Virus record (IMG/VR): IMGVR_UViG_2684622926_000002
Location: 8,159 to 72,158 of that record
DNA length: 64,000 nucleotides
Strand: one strand, 5' to 3'
Origin: a virus
Taxonomy: Duplodnaviria > Caudoviricetes
The notes beneath the pieces were generated by a model. The model worked only from the letters and a program-made list of their open reading frames with translations. It was not told the origin of the DNA and made no database searches. Each line of letters opens with the position of its first letter. Position 1 is the stretch's first letter. A program made the position numbers and the translations under genes. Shown piece after piece: positions 30,098 through 39,909 of this stretch.

Positions 30098-30621
30098 GGC
30101 TTTTCAGGAAATATTACAGCAATATTTGATACATCAATGCGATTTAGCAAAACTCGATATTTTTTCCACGCGTTCAATTTGTCTTCATCACCGTTTTCTG
30201 ACATGTCCAAATCTATCGCGTCTTGTAGTATGGATATATTTTCATTAGCCTCATTTAATAGTGAGTTTTTTAACATTTTATTCTGTTTTACTTTAAATGC
30301 GTTTTGGTCATCTTCATCTAAAACCCATTTTTTACCGTTCCATTTTGAAAACTGAAACGGCTCCAGTGATGTAAAACCTTCTTTTATTTCTCCTAAATAA
30401 TCGATTTTAACCGATTCTTTAGTTTCAATATCGAAAACTATTTCATCACGATGATCCTCAACTAAAACCCATGTACCATTTTTCTCGCATGGGTGAAAGC
30501 CTTCTTTAAACTCTGGCGCAATCCGTAATGCATTATCTGGTGGTAACGTATCATCGTTAGCGTCTAATTGATGTGTATATGGTTTTAGTGCATTTGTGTT
30601 ATCAAAATAATAATTAATCAT
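30094..30621 (-). CDS. tfa: Tail fibre assembly chaperone (Tfa)
   Basis: WVLVEDHR..KWNGKKWVLD..LQDAIDL..LNAWKKYRVLLNRID..FPEKP. Confidence 0.92.
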   Translation of the reverse strand: MINYYFDNTNALKPYTHQLDANDDTLPPDNALRIAPEFKEGFHPCEKNGTWVLVEDHRDEIVFDIETKESVKIDYLGEIKEGFTSLEPFQFSKWNGKKWVLDEDDQNAFKVKQNKMLKNSLLNEANENISILQDAIDLDMSENGDEDKLNAWKKYRVLLNRIDVSNIAVIFPEKP

Positions 30622-30646
30622 AATTTTTCCTATTTAATTTCTTACC

Positions 30647-31184
30647 TACTCGCCAAGTAGGTAGTGCAGAAGATGACGCCATCAGAAATATTTGGGCCAG
30701 ATATGGCAATTTTATAGTATCGGCATTAGATGCCACAGGAGCATTTAATATTAATGCAATCGCGTCTCCGGCGTACGATGGCAATGCGCATGGTTGGCAC
30801 GTAGATATTCTATTTGATGCATCACGAGTTGTGCCGACAGCACATGAGAATCGCCCGATTAATATTGGGTTAACACCAGTAATATACCTTGGTGTTTAGA
30901 CGCCCAAATAAATCGTAGGGGTCAGAGCAATATTCAGTGGTCGATTTTCATGAGCAGTTGGAACAAACCATGATGCATTAAATAAAACCGATTGCTCTGG
31001 GTAATCAGAATCCGACACGTGACAAGTAACTGGATAATTTCTATTATTCAATCCAGAACCATCGTCATTTCGAAATTTTCTGAAGACACCGTTCGGCACG
31101 GTATCTTTCCAGTGAAAAATATGGTGAATTTCGCCATACAGATTTCTAATTGCGTCATCCTCAGCACTACCTACTTGGCGAGTA
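30647..31184. other. Invertible segment bounded by 43-bp inverted repeats (30647-30689 and 31142-31184)
   Basis: tactcgccaagtaggtagtgcagaagatgacgccatcagaaat versus the reverse complement tactcgccaagtaggtagtgctgaggatgacgcaattagaaat: 39/43 identical, first 21 bp perfect. Confidence 0.85.
30654..30899 (+). other. Alternative tail-fibre tip (silent), tail-to-tail with the expressed tip
   Basis: QVGSAEDDAIRNIWARYG..ASRVVPTAHENRPINIGLTPVIYLGV*, homologous at both ends to the fibre C-terminus; the stop codons overlap at 30896-30899. Confidence 0.88.
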
Positions 31185-32536
31185 GTTCCATTTGCAGGTC
31201 TTTCAAAAAATCCTCTACCATCTGGTGCAAACGCGGACGGTACATTAATATATTGCTGACCATCAATTTCTTTAATTGTTATTTGATGATCACGTTTATA
31301 ATTAGCAGATAACCCATTTAAAGCACGACCTTGTGGTGAACTTAACAGATAGTTATCACCGTTTCTAAAATACCAACCAAACGGCAATTCACCAGCACGG
31401 AACGGCATCAATCGAAATTCACCGATTGCATCTTTAAAGACTACATGATCACCTACTGAGTAGGTAGGTACGCCATTTACTACACTTTTAGTTGCAGGTA
31501 AAGCTCTGGCAATATCGGCTGAAATATTATTTGTAGTTATTTGCTCTACCCAATTTTCCCAAAATCCGCCTTCAGTACTACCTCTATAATTTCTAATAAA
31601 TTGACGACCTGATTTATAGAGTGTATATATTTGTACACAGCTTTGGTTGCCCTCGGTCAAAGTCGGTAAAATTATCAATGACCCTGCCTCTTGAATCGGG
31701 TAACCTAGTTCCACGAGCGCCTTAGCATCATGTTTTTGATAATATATTCCTTTAGCCAATGCTCCTAGATGGTTGGGAGGTATATTATCTAAATCGCCGC
31801 AATATCGCATAATTGTCTGCGGGTCAATAGTTGACGCCCACTCTTTTGCATTGTCAGCACTATTTTTTGCGGCTACCGCTGATGATTTTGCATTAACTTC
31901 AGATGTATTTGCGGATTTAGCACTATTTGCCGAGTTTATAGCTGACTGGTTAGCCTCTTTTGCCGAATTATTTGCATTATCTGCATAAATTTTCGCAGTA
32001 TCTGAACTTGTAGTTGCAACACTTGCTGCATCTGTTGCTGTTATCGCCGATTTTGATGCTAATTGTGAACTTGTTGCTGCTTCAGCAGCACTTACTTTCG
32101 CCGCATCGGCAGATGATTTCGCATTGGTTTCTGATGTATTAGCATGGTTAGCACTATCTGCTGATTTTTTCGCTGATGTATATGAATCTATTGCTGATTT
32201 TATTGCTTCATTTCGAGCATCAAAAATCTGCTTTAAAAATTCAGGAGTTAAGTCACTTTCTTCGGGATTAATTAAATAATCGTTTAATGTACCATCTACT
32301 GAATCAGAATAAATATTGATTTTTCCAAGTCGCTTTTTGGGGAAACCGTTAATGATTAAGCTAACTTCATATTCACATGGCAATACATTCATTGAATATT
32401 TGCCGTTCTCAGACACTTGAAATGTTTGCGTTTGAGTTAATACTTTGCTAGTCGTTTTTTTTGCATATAGTTCGATAGTGCAGTCATTGATAATTTGACC
32501 TGCACCATCCGTTAAAATTCCTGATATTTTTGCCAT
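30896..32536 (-). CDS. Side tail fibre protein (Stf-like)
   Basis: MAKISGILTDGAG prophage fibre N-terminal domain, Ala/Ser-rich coiled repeats, collar-like PFGWYFRNG, ENRPLNIA end. Confidence 0.92.
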   Translation of the reverse strand: MAKISGILTDGAGQIINDCTIELYAKKTTSKVLTQTQTFQVSENGKYSMNVLPCEYEVSLIINGFPKKRLGKINIYSDSVDGTLNDYLINPEESDLTPEFLKQIFDARNEAIKSAIDSYTSAKKSADSANHANTSETNAKSSADAAKVSAAEAATSSQLASKSAITATDAASVATTSSDTAKIYADNANNSAKEANQSAINSANSAKSANTSEVNAKSSAVAAKNSADNAKEWASTIDPQTIMRYCGDLDNIPPNHLGALAKGIYYQKHDAKALVELGYPIQEAGSLIILPTLTEGNQSCVQIYTLYKSGRQFIRNYRGSTEGGFWENWVEQITTNNISADIARALPATKSVVNGVPTYSVGDHVVFKDAIGEFRLMPFRAGELPFGWYFRNGDNYLLSSPQGRALNGLSANYKRDHQITIKEIDGQQYINVPSAFAPDGRGFFERPANGTTRQVGSAEDDAIRNLYGEIHHIFHWKDTVPNGVFRKFRNDDGSGLNNRNYPVTCHVSDSDYPEQSVLFNASWFVPTAHENRPLNIALTPTIYLGV

Positions 32537-32597
32537 ATTTTCTTCTCATTTGTTTAATGACATTTAGGTGTTTAATGTCATAATAGATATTAATCGT

Positions 32598-35500
32598 TTA
32601 GTCAGGTAGAAAACCGTTTGAGTTTTTCATTAGAAAAACTAGGGAGTTAAAAGATAATGTATATTTAATTGAAACCGAAGCAGGTTTATTAATAGTTAAT
32701 GATATTTTAACTCGCTCACCATTGGAAAATGGAGGAATAGGTAAAATTAAATTACGAAATCCCACCCCTTTTATGTAAAATTTATTAACTTCATAGGGGT
32801 ATTGATCATTAAATAAAAAACGCATACTCCCACGAATATTTTCAAAGTCAGATCCCAATCCCATTACCCCTCCGACAACTTTAATTTCTTCGATAAAACA
32901 TAATTTTTGCCACTCTCCAGATGCTTCTATGTTCATTACATGAACGTTTTGGTTTGGGTTTGTCTCTACAATCCTAATCTCTTTCTTGAAAAGTTTTGCT
33001 GAAAGAACGTTACCCCTTATTTGATTAACATCCAAAGTACCTCTTATTTGACAATTTTTGTTAATGATTACATTATTTAGTTCTCCAGAATTAGCATAAA
33101 TATTTCCTGAGATATTGGCTTTACGAGCATTGACGGTGCCATCAGGCAGTAACTCAAATACTGGAGGTGTCCCTGCGCTTATTACACTACCGGCAACCAT
33201 TTTCCCGCCCGTTATTAGCGGCGCTTTGATTTCTGTACCAGCAATTAATCTATCACCTCGCATTGTACCCGTTGCAATTAAATCGCCATCAATGAACATT
33301 TTTGGCTCTATCCACTGTGCACCGTTGTATAGCCTAGCTTCTGAGTGCGAAACTTTACCGTCAGAGGCTAGTGAGTAAATGATTAATGTCGTATCACGAG
33401 CGGGATAAAAGCCAAATTCACGATAAAACATCTGCGTTGCATTATCATTAGCAGGAAATTTACCATCACCTGTTTGAATTCTAAATAGACCACCTGCGCC
33501 ATTTTCTGCAACTAATGTTCGAGTGTTAGCAATAAACATTTCTGAACGCCCAACAACATTAACCGCATTTACACCATACCAATATTCGGTATCTGGGGTG
33601 CAGTCAACATCTGTTAATGACATGGCGCGACCCAAGTAGTTGGTCTGTGCCTCGACTTCTGCTTTGGTGGTGCCTTTATAAAATTCAAACTGAGTACCTA
33701 AGCTAGATGTTGCTGTCATAACTGGGCGAACTGCAATATTAAATGCACTTGGCGTTAATACTAATCCTGAAGGTTTTGCTGGTGGTAATATTGAAAATGC
33801 GATAGTTCTTTCATCACCTAATCGCCCGTCTTCTCCCACTCCTCTGACTGTTGCATTGAATTTACCTTGTTGCAAGTCTGATAGGTAATATTCAGTATTA
33901 TTAACAGTTTCACGACTAATTAGTTTATCATCACGATAGATTTTTACTTCGAATCTCAAGTTTTGAATCGTGCGAGGTGTAGACCATGATAATCGTGCTT
34001 GATATAGATCAGATTCAGGGATAATTTCAGTCTGCAGCTGCTCTACAGGCGGAATTAACCAACTAAAAATAGAACCGCTTTCCTCTTCAAATTTAGCGCC
34101 GTTATCAACAATTTCTTCTTTCCTAGTTTCATGTTCTAGCGCAGTGATAGAGTAAGTGCCATCACTGTTTTCTGTAATGGAAAGAGCTTTGAATAATCGT
34201 GGCTTGATTTTATTGTCATATAGTCCCCAAACAGAATAATCATCAACACTAACACTATTTACCAAAACAAGCTGATTGGGTTTGACTTGTGCTTGAATTT
34301 TAATTTTATGTAGTTGCATATTGGTATCAGTTACACTTAAATACGCATTTTTCATATTTTTAATGTCAATATCACGGTCTAACTTAATAGTACTACCATT
34401 TGCCTCTAAAATTCGTCCACCGATAGTCGTACCTGCAAAATCATTATCAGTAATACCAATAATATCCCCAGGCAAATGTCTAATACCTTCACGTCCTACA
34501 TTGAATGTAACGGTTTGTGTCTCTAATTTTTCGGTTTGAATTAGCCATTTCCCAACTCTATGTGCCTGCCCTCTCGATGTACAGCCAAATGCATCGACTT
34601 GAGCAACATTCAACCCGAATCGTTTAATTAACTCATCATCAGCAACGTATTCGGTTGTGGTCTCCCAGTTATTATTGGGGTCAATATAACGTACGTGCAC
34701 AGCTGTATGCCGTGATTTTTGCGCGGCTGACGTGTAGTTGAACTGACCATCGACAACGTTCGCATTTGAATAAATCGCCACAGGGTCACTTGGTCTATCC
34801 ATAACGGCTGTATATTGTGTACCGTCCCAAATCGGCATCGCCCGAAATATCGAGCATAAATCATGAATAACCTCATACGCCTGTCGTTGCTCGGTAATAT
34901 AGCAATTACAGGTAAATCTTGGCTCTTTGCCACCGAAACCGTCATCGACTAACTGATCACAATATTGAGAAATGGTATATAACGCAAATTTATCGACACC
35001 GAATTGACTGATGCGATTCCCCATACCGTAACGTGTGTTGGTCAAAATATCGTAAAATATCCAAGCTGGGTTATTTGTCCAAGCAAGCTTGAAATTTCCT
35101 GACCAAAAACCTTTATATTCTCTCGTCTCAGGGTCGTAATTGTCAGGCACTTTAACTATCATACCTTTGATTAAATAGTTTCGGCGAGGTACACCACTAA
35201 ATTGCGATGAATCGAATTTTAGTCCAACTACCGCAGTATTTGGATATGAAAATTTGGTATCATAAATTTCTGTGTACGAACTCCACAGCGTATTATTAGC
35301 TAATAATGATGACGTGCTATCTTGCGTTCTGCGCACTACTCGAATGTTAAACGGTTTCGGAGGTAAATCATATAAAATAACCGATGTTAAATACTGTGAG
35401 CGGGTTTTTTTATCGATTAAATCAACAGTTTTTACCGTTTCCCACATGTGGCCCGTACCGATTTGAATTGCCATTGACACCGATGTTCGGTTAATGTTGC

Positions 35501-35882
35501 CTTTTTTGTCCGTTGAGCTTAATGACTGTACACCAACTGTAACCCGAACTCTGTCAATATTGGGGTCGGTAATGGTTCGTACAATCGGGGTTGATGCCTT
35601 TACCTCAAGATTAACAGGCACTTCGTTTTCCGTTGCTAGAAAACTCTCAAGCGGTGCTTGTGACTGAACGCCAGCCGTCCATTCGACTTCAACTCCCTTG
35701 AAGTTGTATGAACCGTTTGGTGCTTGAATTGGCGTATCGTTTAAAAAAACGCTTTGTAGGCCATTCACTGGTCCTTCTATCTGTCCTTCACACAACAAAT
35801 CAATAATACTCAGTTGCTGATTTGATTTTAAGTTATCTTGCGCCTCTGTGGGCGTTTTAGCCTTTTTTTTACCTTTACCCAT
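32598..35882 (-). CDS. Central tail fibre / tail tip protein (lambda gpJ-like)
   Basis: IIDLLCEGQIEGPVNGLQSVFLNDTP, WTNNPAWIFYDILTN, EPRFTCN; 1094 aa intact. Confidence 0.95.
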   Translation of the reverse strand: MGKGKKKAKTPTEAQDNLKSNQQLSIIDLLCEGQIEGPVNGLQSVFLNDTPIQAPNGSYNFKGVEVEWTAGVQSQAPLESFLATENEVPVNLEVKASTPIVRTITDPNIDRVRVTVGVQSLSSTDKKGNINRTSVSMAIQIGTGHMWETVKTVDLIDKKTRSQYLTSVILYDLPPKPFNIRVVRRTQDSTSSLLANNTLWSSYTEIYDTKFSYPNTAVVGLKFDSSQFSGVPRRNYLIKGMIVKVPDNYDPETREYKGFWSGNFKLAWTNNPAWIFYDILTNTRYGMGNRISQFGVDKFALYTISQYCDQLVDDGFGGKEPRFTCNCYITEQRQAYEVIHDLCSIFRAMPIWDGTQYTAVMDRPSDPVAIYSNANVVDGQFNYTSAAQKSRHTAVHVRYIDPNNNWETTTEYVADDELIKRFGLNVAQVDAFGCTSRGQAHRVGKWLIQTEKLETQTVTFNVGREGIRHLPGDIIGITDNDFAGTTIGGRILEANGSTIKLDRDIDIKNMKNAYLSVTDTNMQLHKIKIQAQVKPNQLVLVNSVSVDDYSVWGLYDNKIKPRLFKALSITENSDGTYSITALEHETRKEEIVDNGAKFEEESGSIFSWLIPPVEQLQTEIIPESDLYQARLSWSTPRTIQNLRFEVKIYRDDKLISRETVNNTEYYLSDLQQGKFNATVRGVGEDGRLGDERTIAFSILPPAKPSGLVLTPSAFNIAVRPVMTATSSLGTQFEFYKGTTKAEVEAQTNYLGRAMSLTDVDCTPDTEYWYGVNAVNVVGRSEMFIANTRTLVAENGAGGLFRIQTGDGKFPANDNATQMFYREFGFYPARDTTLIIYSLASDGKVSHSEARLYNGAQWIEPKMFIDGDLIATGTMRGDRLIAGTEIKAPLITGGKMVAGSVISAGTPPVFELLPDGTVNARKANISGNIYANSGELNNVIINKNCQIRGTLDVNQIRGNVLSAKLFKKEIRIVETNPNQNVHVMNIEASGEWQKLCFIEEIKVVGGVMGLGSDFENIRGSMRFLFNDQYPYEVNKFYIKGVGFRNLILPIPPFSNGERVKISLTINKPASVSIKYTLSFNSLVFLMKNSNGFLPD

Positions 35883-36432
35883 CTATTGTTTCCAACCCCT
35901 GTGATAAAACTTTAGAGCCTATTTTTGTTAATCCGTAGCAAAGTGGTACTGGTGCACCCTGTGCTATCGTGTTGTCCAGATTAGAAAAAGAGGTGTTTTT
36001 ATTAGTACCGCCATCGGCTAATTTCTCGGTTTTGGGTAGCTTGGTTAGCATCATGGCTACACCACCGATCATTAAGCCCACACCTGTTGCCATCAATGGA
36101 TAACCCATTGGCGTCCAGTAAAAAATAGCCCCAACAACAAACATTACAGCACCTGCGATAAAGCTGAATGCCCCACCTTTTGCACCTTCTGTTTTGGGTA
36201 CAATATGAATCACGGCATTTTGAGGAATTCGGCTATGCAACCCAAACTGTAAATTGCCCTCATTCATATCTACACCATTAATTCGTACGCGAAAAAAACC
36301 GTTCATAATTTGCTTTTTTAAGCCTTTTATCTGACAATACAAACCATTTAATGCTTCTGCTGCTGTTTCAACGTTCATATTGAACTTATCGCCATATTGT
36401 TTAAGATCGCCATAAAGCCGAATTTTTGCCAT
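35875..36432 (-). CDS. Tail assembly protein I
   Basis: IRLYGDL..VETAAEALNGL..NTIAQGAPVPLCYG..GSKVLSQ. Confidence 0.93.
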   Translation of the reverse strand: MAKIRLYGDLKQYGDKFNMNVETAAEALNGLYCQIKGLKKQIMNGFFRVRINGVDMNEGNLQFGLHSRIPQNAVIHIVPKTEGAKGGAFSFIAGAVMFVVGAIFYWTPMGYPLMATGVGLMIGGVAMMLTKLPKTEKLADGGTNKNTSFSNLDNTIAQGAPVPLCYGLTKIGSKVLSQGLETIDG

Positions 36433-37094
36433 TTTTTATGTCTCCATATTGAATGCGTATAGTCCATCCAAAAACCGCCGTACATATCTCGTTTAGATAG
36501 ACGATTTGGACAGTGATGTAAGATTTGTTGGTTGCCAATGTAGATGGCTGCATGGTTAGGTGTTGATGAGCCTAGACAAATGATGATGATATCGCCTTCT
36601 TGCAGTTCTTGCGCATCAACTTGCACAAACCCGTTTTGGGGCAGTAAATCTAGATAGAGGTTTTGACCGTTGTGCCACCAATCGTCCTGACGTTCATAGT
36701 CAGGTAGTTCAATACCAGCAAGCATATAGGCGTCACGTACTATTGTTAGGCAATCGATTTTTCCGTGTTGAAACTCTCGACCTAATAATGGTTTTATATA
36801 TCTAAATTTATGAATTTGGTTATCACATAGCAGCCACCAATCTAAACCTGTAAACTGTTGATAAATTTGATCAGCCTCACTAAGAATTGGCTCACCGTCA
36901 GGATGAGAATGTACAACTGCTGTAATCTCACCCTTCTCTTCAGCTTTTATCCAATCATCGGGGGATATTTCAAATGTTTTTGTCGGTGTTGCTGATATAT
37001 TGTTGCATGGCATATAGATTTTATTATCAATAACAAAACCGCAGCATTCAGCCTCACCGCATTGTTTAGCATGATTGAGTATCTCTTTTTTCAT
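36375..37094 (-). CDS. Tail assembly protein K (MPN plus NlpC/P60)
   Basis: ECCGF, VHSHP, DCLTIVRDAY, NHAAIYIG. Confidence 0.95.
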   Translation of the reverse strand: MKKEILNHAKQCGEAECCGFVIDNKIYMPCNNISATPTKTFEISPDDWIKAEEKGEITAVVHSHPDGEPILSEADQIYQQFTGLDWWLLCDNQIHKFRYIKPLLGREFQHGKIDCLTIVRDAYMLAGIELPDYERQDDWWHNGQNLYLDLLPQNGFVQVDAQELQEGDIIIICLGSSTPNHAAIYIGNQQILHHCPNRLSKRDMYGGFWMDYTHSIWRHKKWQKFGFMAILNNMAISSI

Positions 37095-37156
37095 TATTTA
37101 ACCTGATTTTTAGGTATATTTAAGGGGGAAATAGATTTGTAATTATTGAGTTTTGA

Positions 37157-37861
37157 CTAGGATAATTTTGCAGCAGTAGGAAAACCACCAAATGGTAGAA
37201 TACCGTATTGGCCATGACGAAGTTTACAACCAGTTAAACATCGGCTACATTTATCTTTAGTGATGTCGTTTGTTGGTTTGTCGAACTCATCCGCTACTGC
37301 ACCGCCTGTATAACCACATTCCGACGAGCGATATATCCAATTGCAAGTGTTAGCAACAATGACACGAGCCGGAATTAATGCACCGTCGGACTCGCATGGC
37401 AATGCTAATTCAAATGTAACAACCATTGAATTTTGTTGTTTTACCTGCTCAATCACATAATTTGAGATAATTTCGCAAAACGGATCGGCATATTGATTAC
37501 CGTTCTCAAAATTCACCGCATCTAGATATTTGACAGGCACTTCATGACGGGTGACAATTGCACCAAGTAAACCGTCAAAATCAGCAATTAGACCATTGAT
37601 AAAGCCCATCGCATTACTAACACTCATTGTTGGACGGTTACTCACACCCTGTCCATTCTTTTCAAAACCTTCAACTTTTATGGGATAAGGTTCATAGATA
37701 TTACATTGCCACGTTATCGGTCGTCTCAGCTCATTTAATCCATTGTGAAATCGAAATATAGTTTTGTTGCCGACAATTTTAGTTAAATCAACTTCATACA
37801 AATCAACAATCGCATCTTGTGCTATTTTAGTTATATCGAGTAGCATTTTTTGCGGTATCAT
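37157..37861 (-). CDS. Minor tail protein L
   Basis: Cys cluster NTCNWIYRSSECGY..DKCSRCLTGCKLR, FGGFP. Confidence 0.95.
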   Translation of the reverse strand: MIPQKMLLDITKIAQDAIVDLYEVDLTKIVGNKTIFRFHNGLNELRRPITWQCNIYEPYPIKVEGFEKNGQGVSNRPTMSVSNAMGFINGLIADFDGLLGAIVTRHEVPVKYLDAVNFENGNQYADPFCEIISNYVIEQVKQQNSMVVTFELALPCESDGALIPARVIVANTCNWIYRSSECGYTGGAVADEFDKPTNDITKDKCSRCLTGCKLRHGQYGILPFGGFPTAAKLS

Positions 37862-38202
37862 ACTACAACCTCCTCAAATGTTGCAGTAATTGATATTACT
37901 GTATGTTTAACATTTGTTGACCATGATGGACATTTAACTGTGATTAATCGATTGGTGTTTGGCTCTCGCCATTTGAAGGCATGAACACCACCATGCCGCG
38001 TTAGAAAGTCATCAATCATAGCAGCATCATCTCTAGGAACATTCAAACTTACGTCATATAAACGTAGATCGTTATTAATCCCATCTCTAACGCGTTGTTC
38101 GTAACCATCACCAAATTTGATAAGTTTGACCCTTGGTTCAGCTTTAACTGTTAAACCTGGAGCAAGCTCCCAACTGAATGTTTCCATATTTTCTCCAGAC
38201 AA
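37858..38202 (-). CDS. Minor tail protein M (distal tail)
   Basis: VKLIKFGDGYEQRVRDGINN..FLTRHGGVHAFKW. Confidence 0.95.
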   Translation of the reverse strand: MSGENMETFSWELAPGLTVKAEPRVKLIKFGDGYEQRVRDGINNDLRLYDVSLNVPRDDAAMIDDFLTRHGGVHAFKWREPNTNRLITVKCPSWSTNVKHTVISITATFEEVVV

Positions 38203-38344
38203 TAAAAAACCGCCAACAGGCGGTATGTGTGAATTTTAATTGTGAATTTTTAGTTACCTATACGGTATAAATCAATGATGTATTGTCGTCCTCTAGATTT
38301 CTAAACGACCTACACGGCAATGCTCCCCTCTAGGTACAACTTTA

Positions 38345-38851
38345 CTAGTTAAATTTTTTTATTTTCTCTAACAACGTTTCAAGTTCATTTACGTTTTTAT
38401 TTACTAGGGTTTCCATGATTGCAATGGGTAATTTTGAAATACCCTCACTATGCGCCATCACATAGTCAGCAGTTACACTCATTATGTCATCTTGAGCGAC
38501 TAAAACTAAACACACACCCGCAATTCTGGTTTCAGAGTGAATATTCTTGATATTTATTTCACCAGTCATGTCAATTATTGTTGCATAACTTTTGAACGCA
38601 TCATCACCAAGGTTTTTATATTTTTCTATTAATTTGTATTTGTTTATATCTTCACGTGAAATTTTCCCGATAGTACTTTGGCTATTATCCTTTATGATTA
38701 ATCCATTCATTTGTTGTGTGAAATAATAAGGGGTTGACTTGCATATGTCAGCTAAATATGTAGATATATCATTTTCGGTTAAATTCGAATTTGCGCTAAC
38801 TAGAAAAGGGAAAAACAATAAACAAAACAAAATCCTTTTCATACTTTCCAT
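38345..38851 (-). CDS. Moron: predicted secreted/periplasmic protein
   Basis: Signal peptide MKRILFCLLFFPFLVSA; followed by a terminator-like aaaaaccgcc..ggcggt at ~38205-38225. Confidence 0.7.
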   Translation of the reverse strand: MESMKRILFCLLFFPFLVSANSNLTENDISTYLADICKSTPYYFTQQMNGLIIKDNSQSTIGKISREDINKYKLIEKYKNLGDDAFKSYATIIDMTGEINIKNIHSETRIAGVCLVLVAQDDIMSVTADYVMAHSEGISKLPIAIMETLVNKNVNELETLLEKIKKFN

Positions 38852-39010
38852 CCTAATGTGTTCATTTTTTAAATGGTATGAAATTTCGACAGTTAAATCA
38901 ATAAACTTTTAGTAATTCTTCTATTCGTTATTCTTTTTGTAACTGTGCACCTATTATCCCAGTACATAAAGGGTACACTAATAAACGCCGATTAGCTCCC
39001 TCATAAAAAC

Positions 39011-39344
39011 CGGTTTATCCCTGTGTGTACAGGGAACACCTTTTCTAAAAATCGAATAATGTCATCTTTGTCGGTTTATCCCTGTGTATACAGGGAACAC
39101 AAAACCATTTCTAATAAGATATTCGATTGTCTCGGTTTATCCCTGTGTATACAGGGAACACACTCTGGGGATGTGGGTTGATAAAAACTCGAACGGTTTA
39201 TCCCTGTGTATACAGGGAACACATTAGTATTCTCATGGTTTGTGATACCTCTGCCGGTTTATCCCTGTGTATACAGGGAACACCTAGAGCTCCCATTTGA
39301 AATACTGATAAAACACGGTTTATCCCTGTGTATACAGGGAACAC
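39011..39344 (-). CRISPR. Type I-E-like CRISPR mini-array: 6 x 29-bp repeats (GTGTTCCCTGTATACACAGGGATAAACCG), 5 x 32-bp spacers; no cas genes in the window
   Basis: Repeats start at 39011, 39072, 39133, 39194, 39255 and 39316 (61-bp period); the leader-distal repeat carries one mismatch; palindromic CCCTGT..ACAGGG stem. Confidence 0.98.
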
Positions 39345-39470
39345 TTATTATAACTTATTGTTTATTAGTTAAAATACTAAGCGATAAATTTCCACCAACT
39401 TTTTTACTGTTTTTTTGCATGATTTTATTGAGATGTTTTTAGTGATTTATTATTAGCAAAATGACTCTAT
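39345..39470 (-). promoter_or_regulatory. CRISPR leader
   Basis: AT-rich; the minus strand has AAAGTTGGTGGAAATTT, resembling the enterobacterial I-E leader motif, ~45-60 bp from the first repeat. Confidence 0.75.
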
Positions 39471-39909
39471 TTTTTAGGTTATTTGCTTATGTAACTTGGC
39501 TATAAGCGGGTATCTGATCAAGTAAGCGATTTGACGAACCACATTTGCACGCCCTGTAATTCTTTAATGGTGACATTTTAACGCTGACGATTCTATTTTT
39601 TCTCGCAAATCATTCAACGGATTGATAGCAGTGGCTAATGTTTGTTTACAAATACTAAACAACTGTAACTCAATAGGGTCAAAATTCATCTCTATTATTG
39701 ATTAATCCCAGTGAATACAGGCAACACTGTTTTACGCCACTCGTCGCATCATAACTACGCCTTAAATTACTCAAAAGGAGATCTGGAGCACAAAACTGTA
39801 ACGAGATAGCGAACGTATTCTCTCATATGGGTATTGTGTTAGACGCATTCCCGATCTTATGATCGGGAAATAAAAGTTGGAGATCTACAATTAATTTAGT
39901 TGGTTATAT

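Noticed and set aside
30780-31000. Paired fibre tips as a diversity-generating retroelement TR/VR pair
   Set aside because: The differences are mostly synonymous third-position changes of all base types, not adenine-specific, and there is no reverse transcriptase in the window.
39162-39193. Spacer 3 loosely resembling the Rhs junction near 13730-13745 (gtggggttggataaaa)
   Set aside because: Only a gapped ~15 bp similarity. No convincing self-match for any spacer was seen by eye; a real search is needed.
39206-39442. 78-aa ORF across the CRISPR array
   Set aside because: It is an artefact of translating repeats and spacers.
39480-39890. Possible gene or structured RNA upstream of the CRISPR leader (shares catcataactacg-like text with ~50725)
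   Set aside because: No sustained ORF or recognisable motif, and no cas remnant could be supported.
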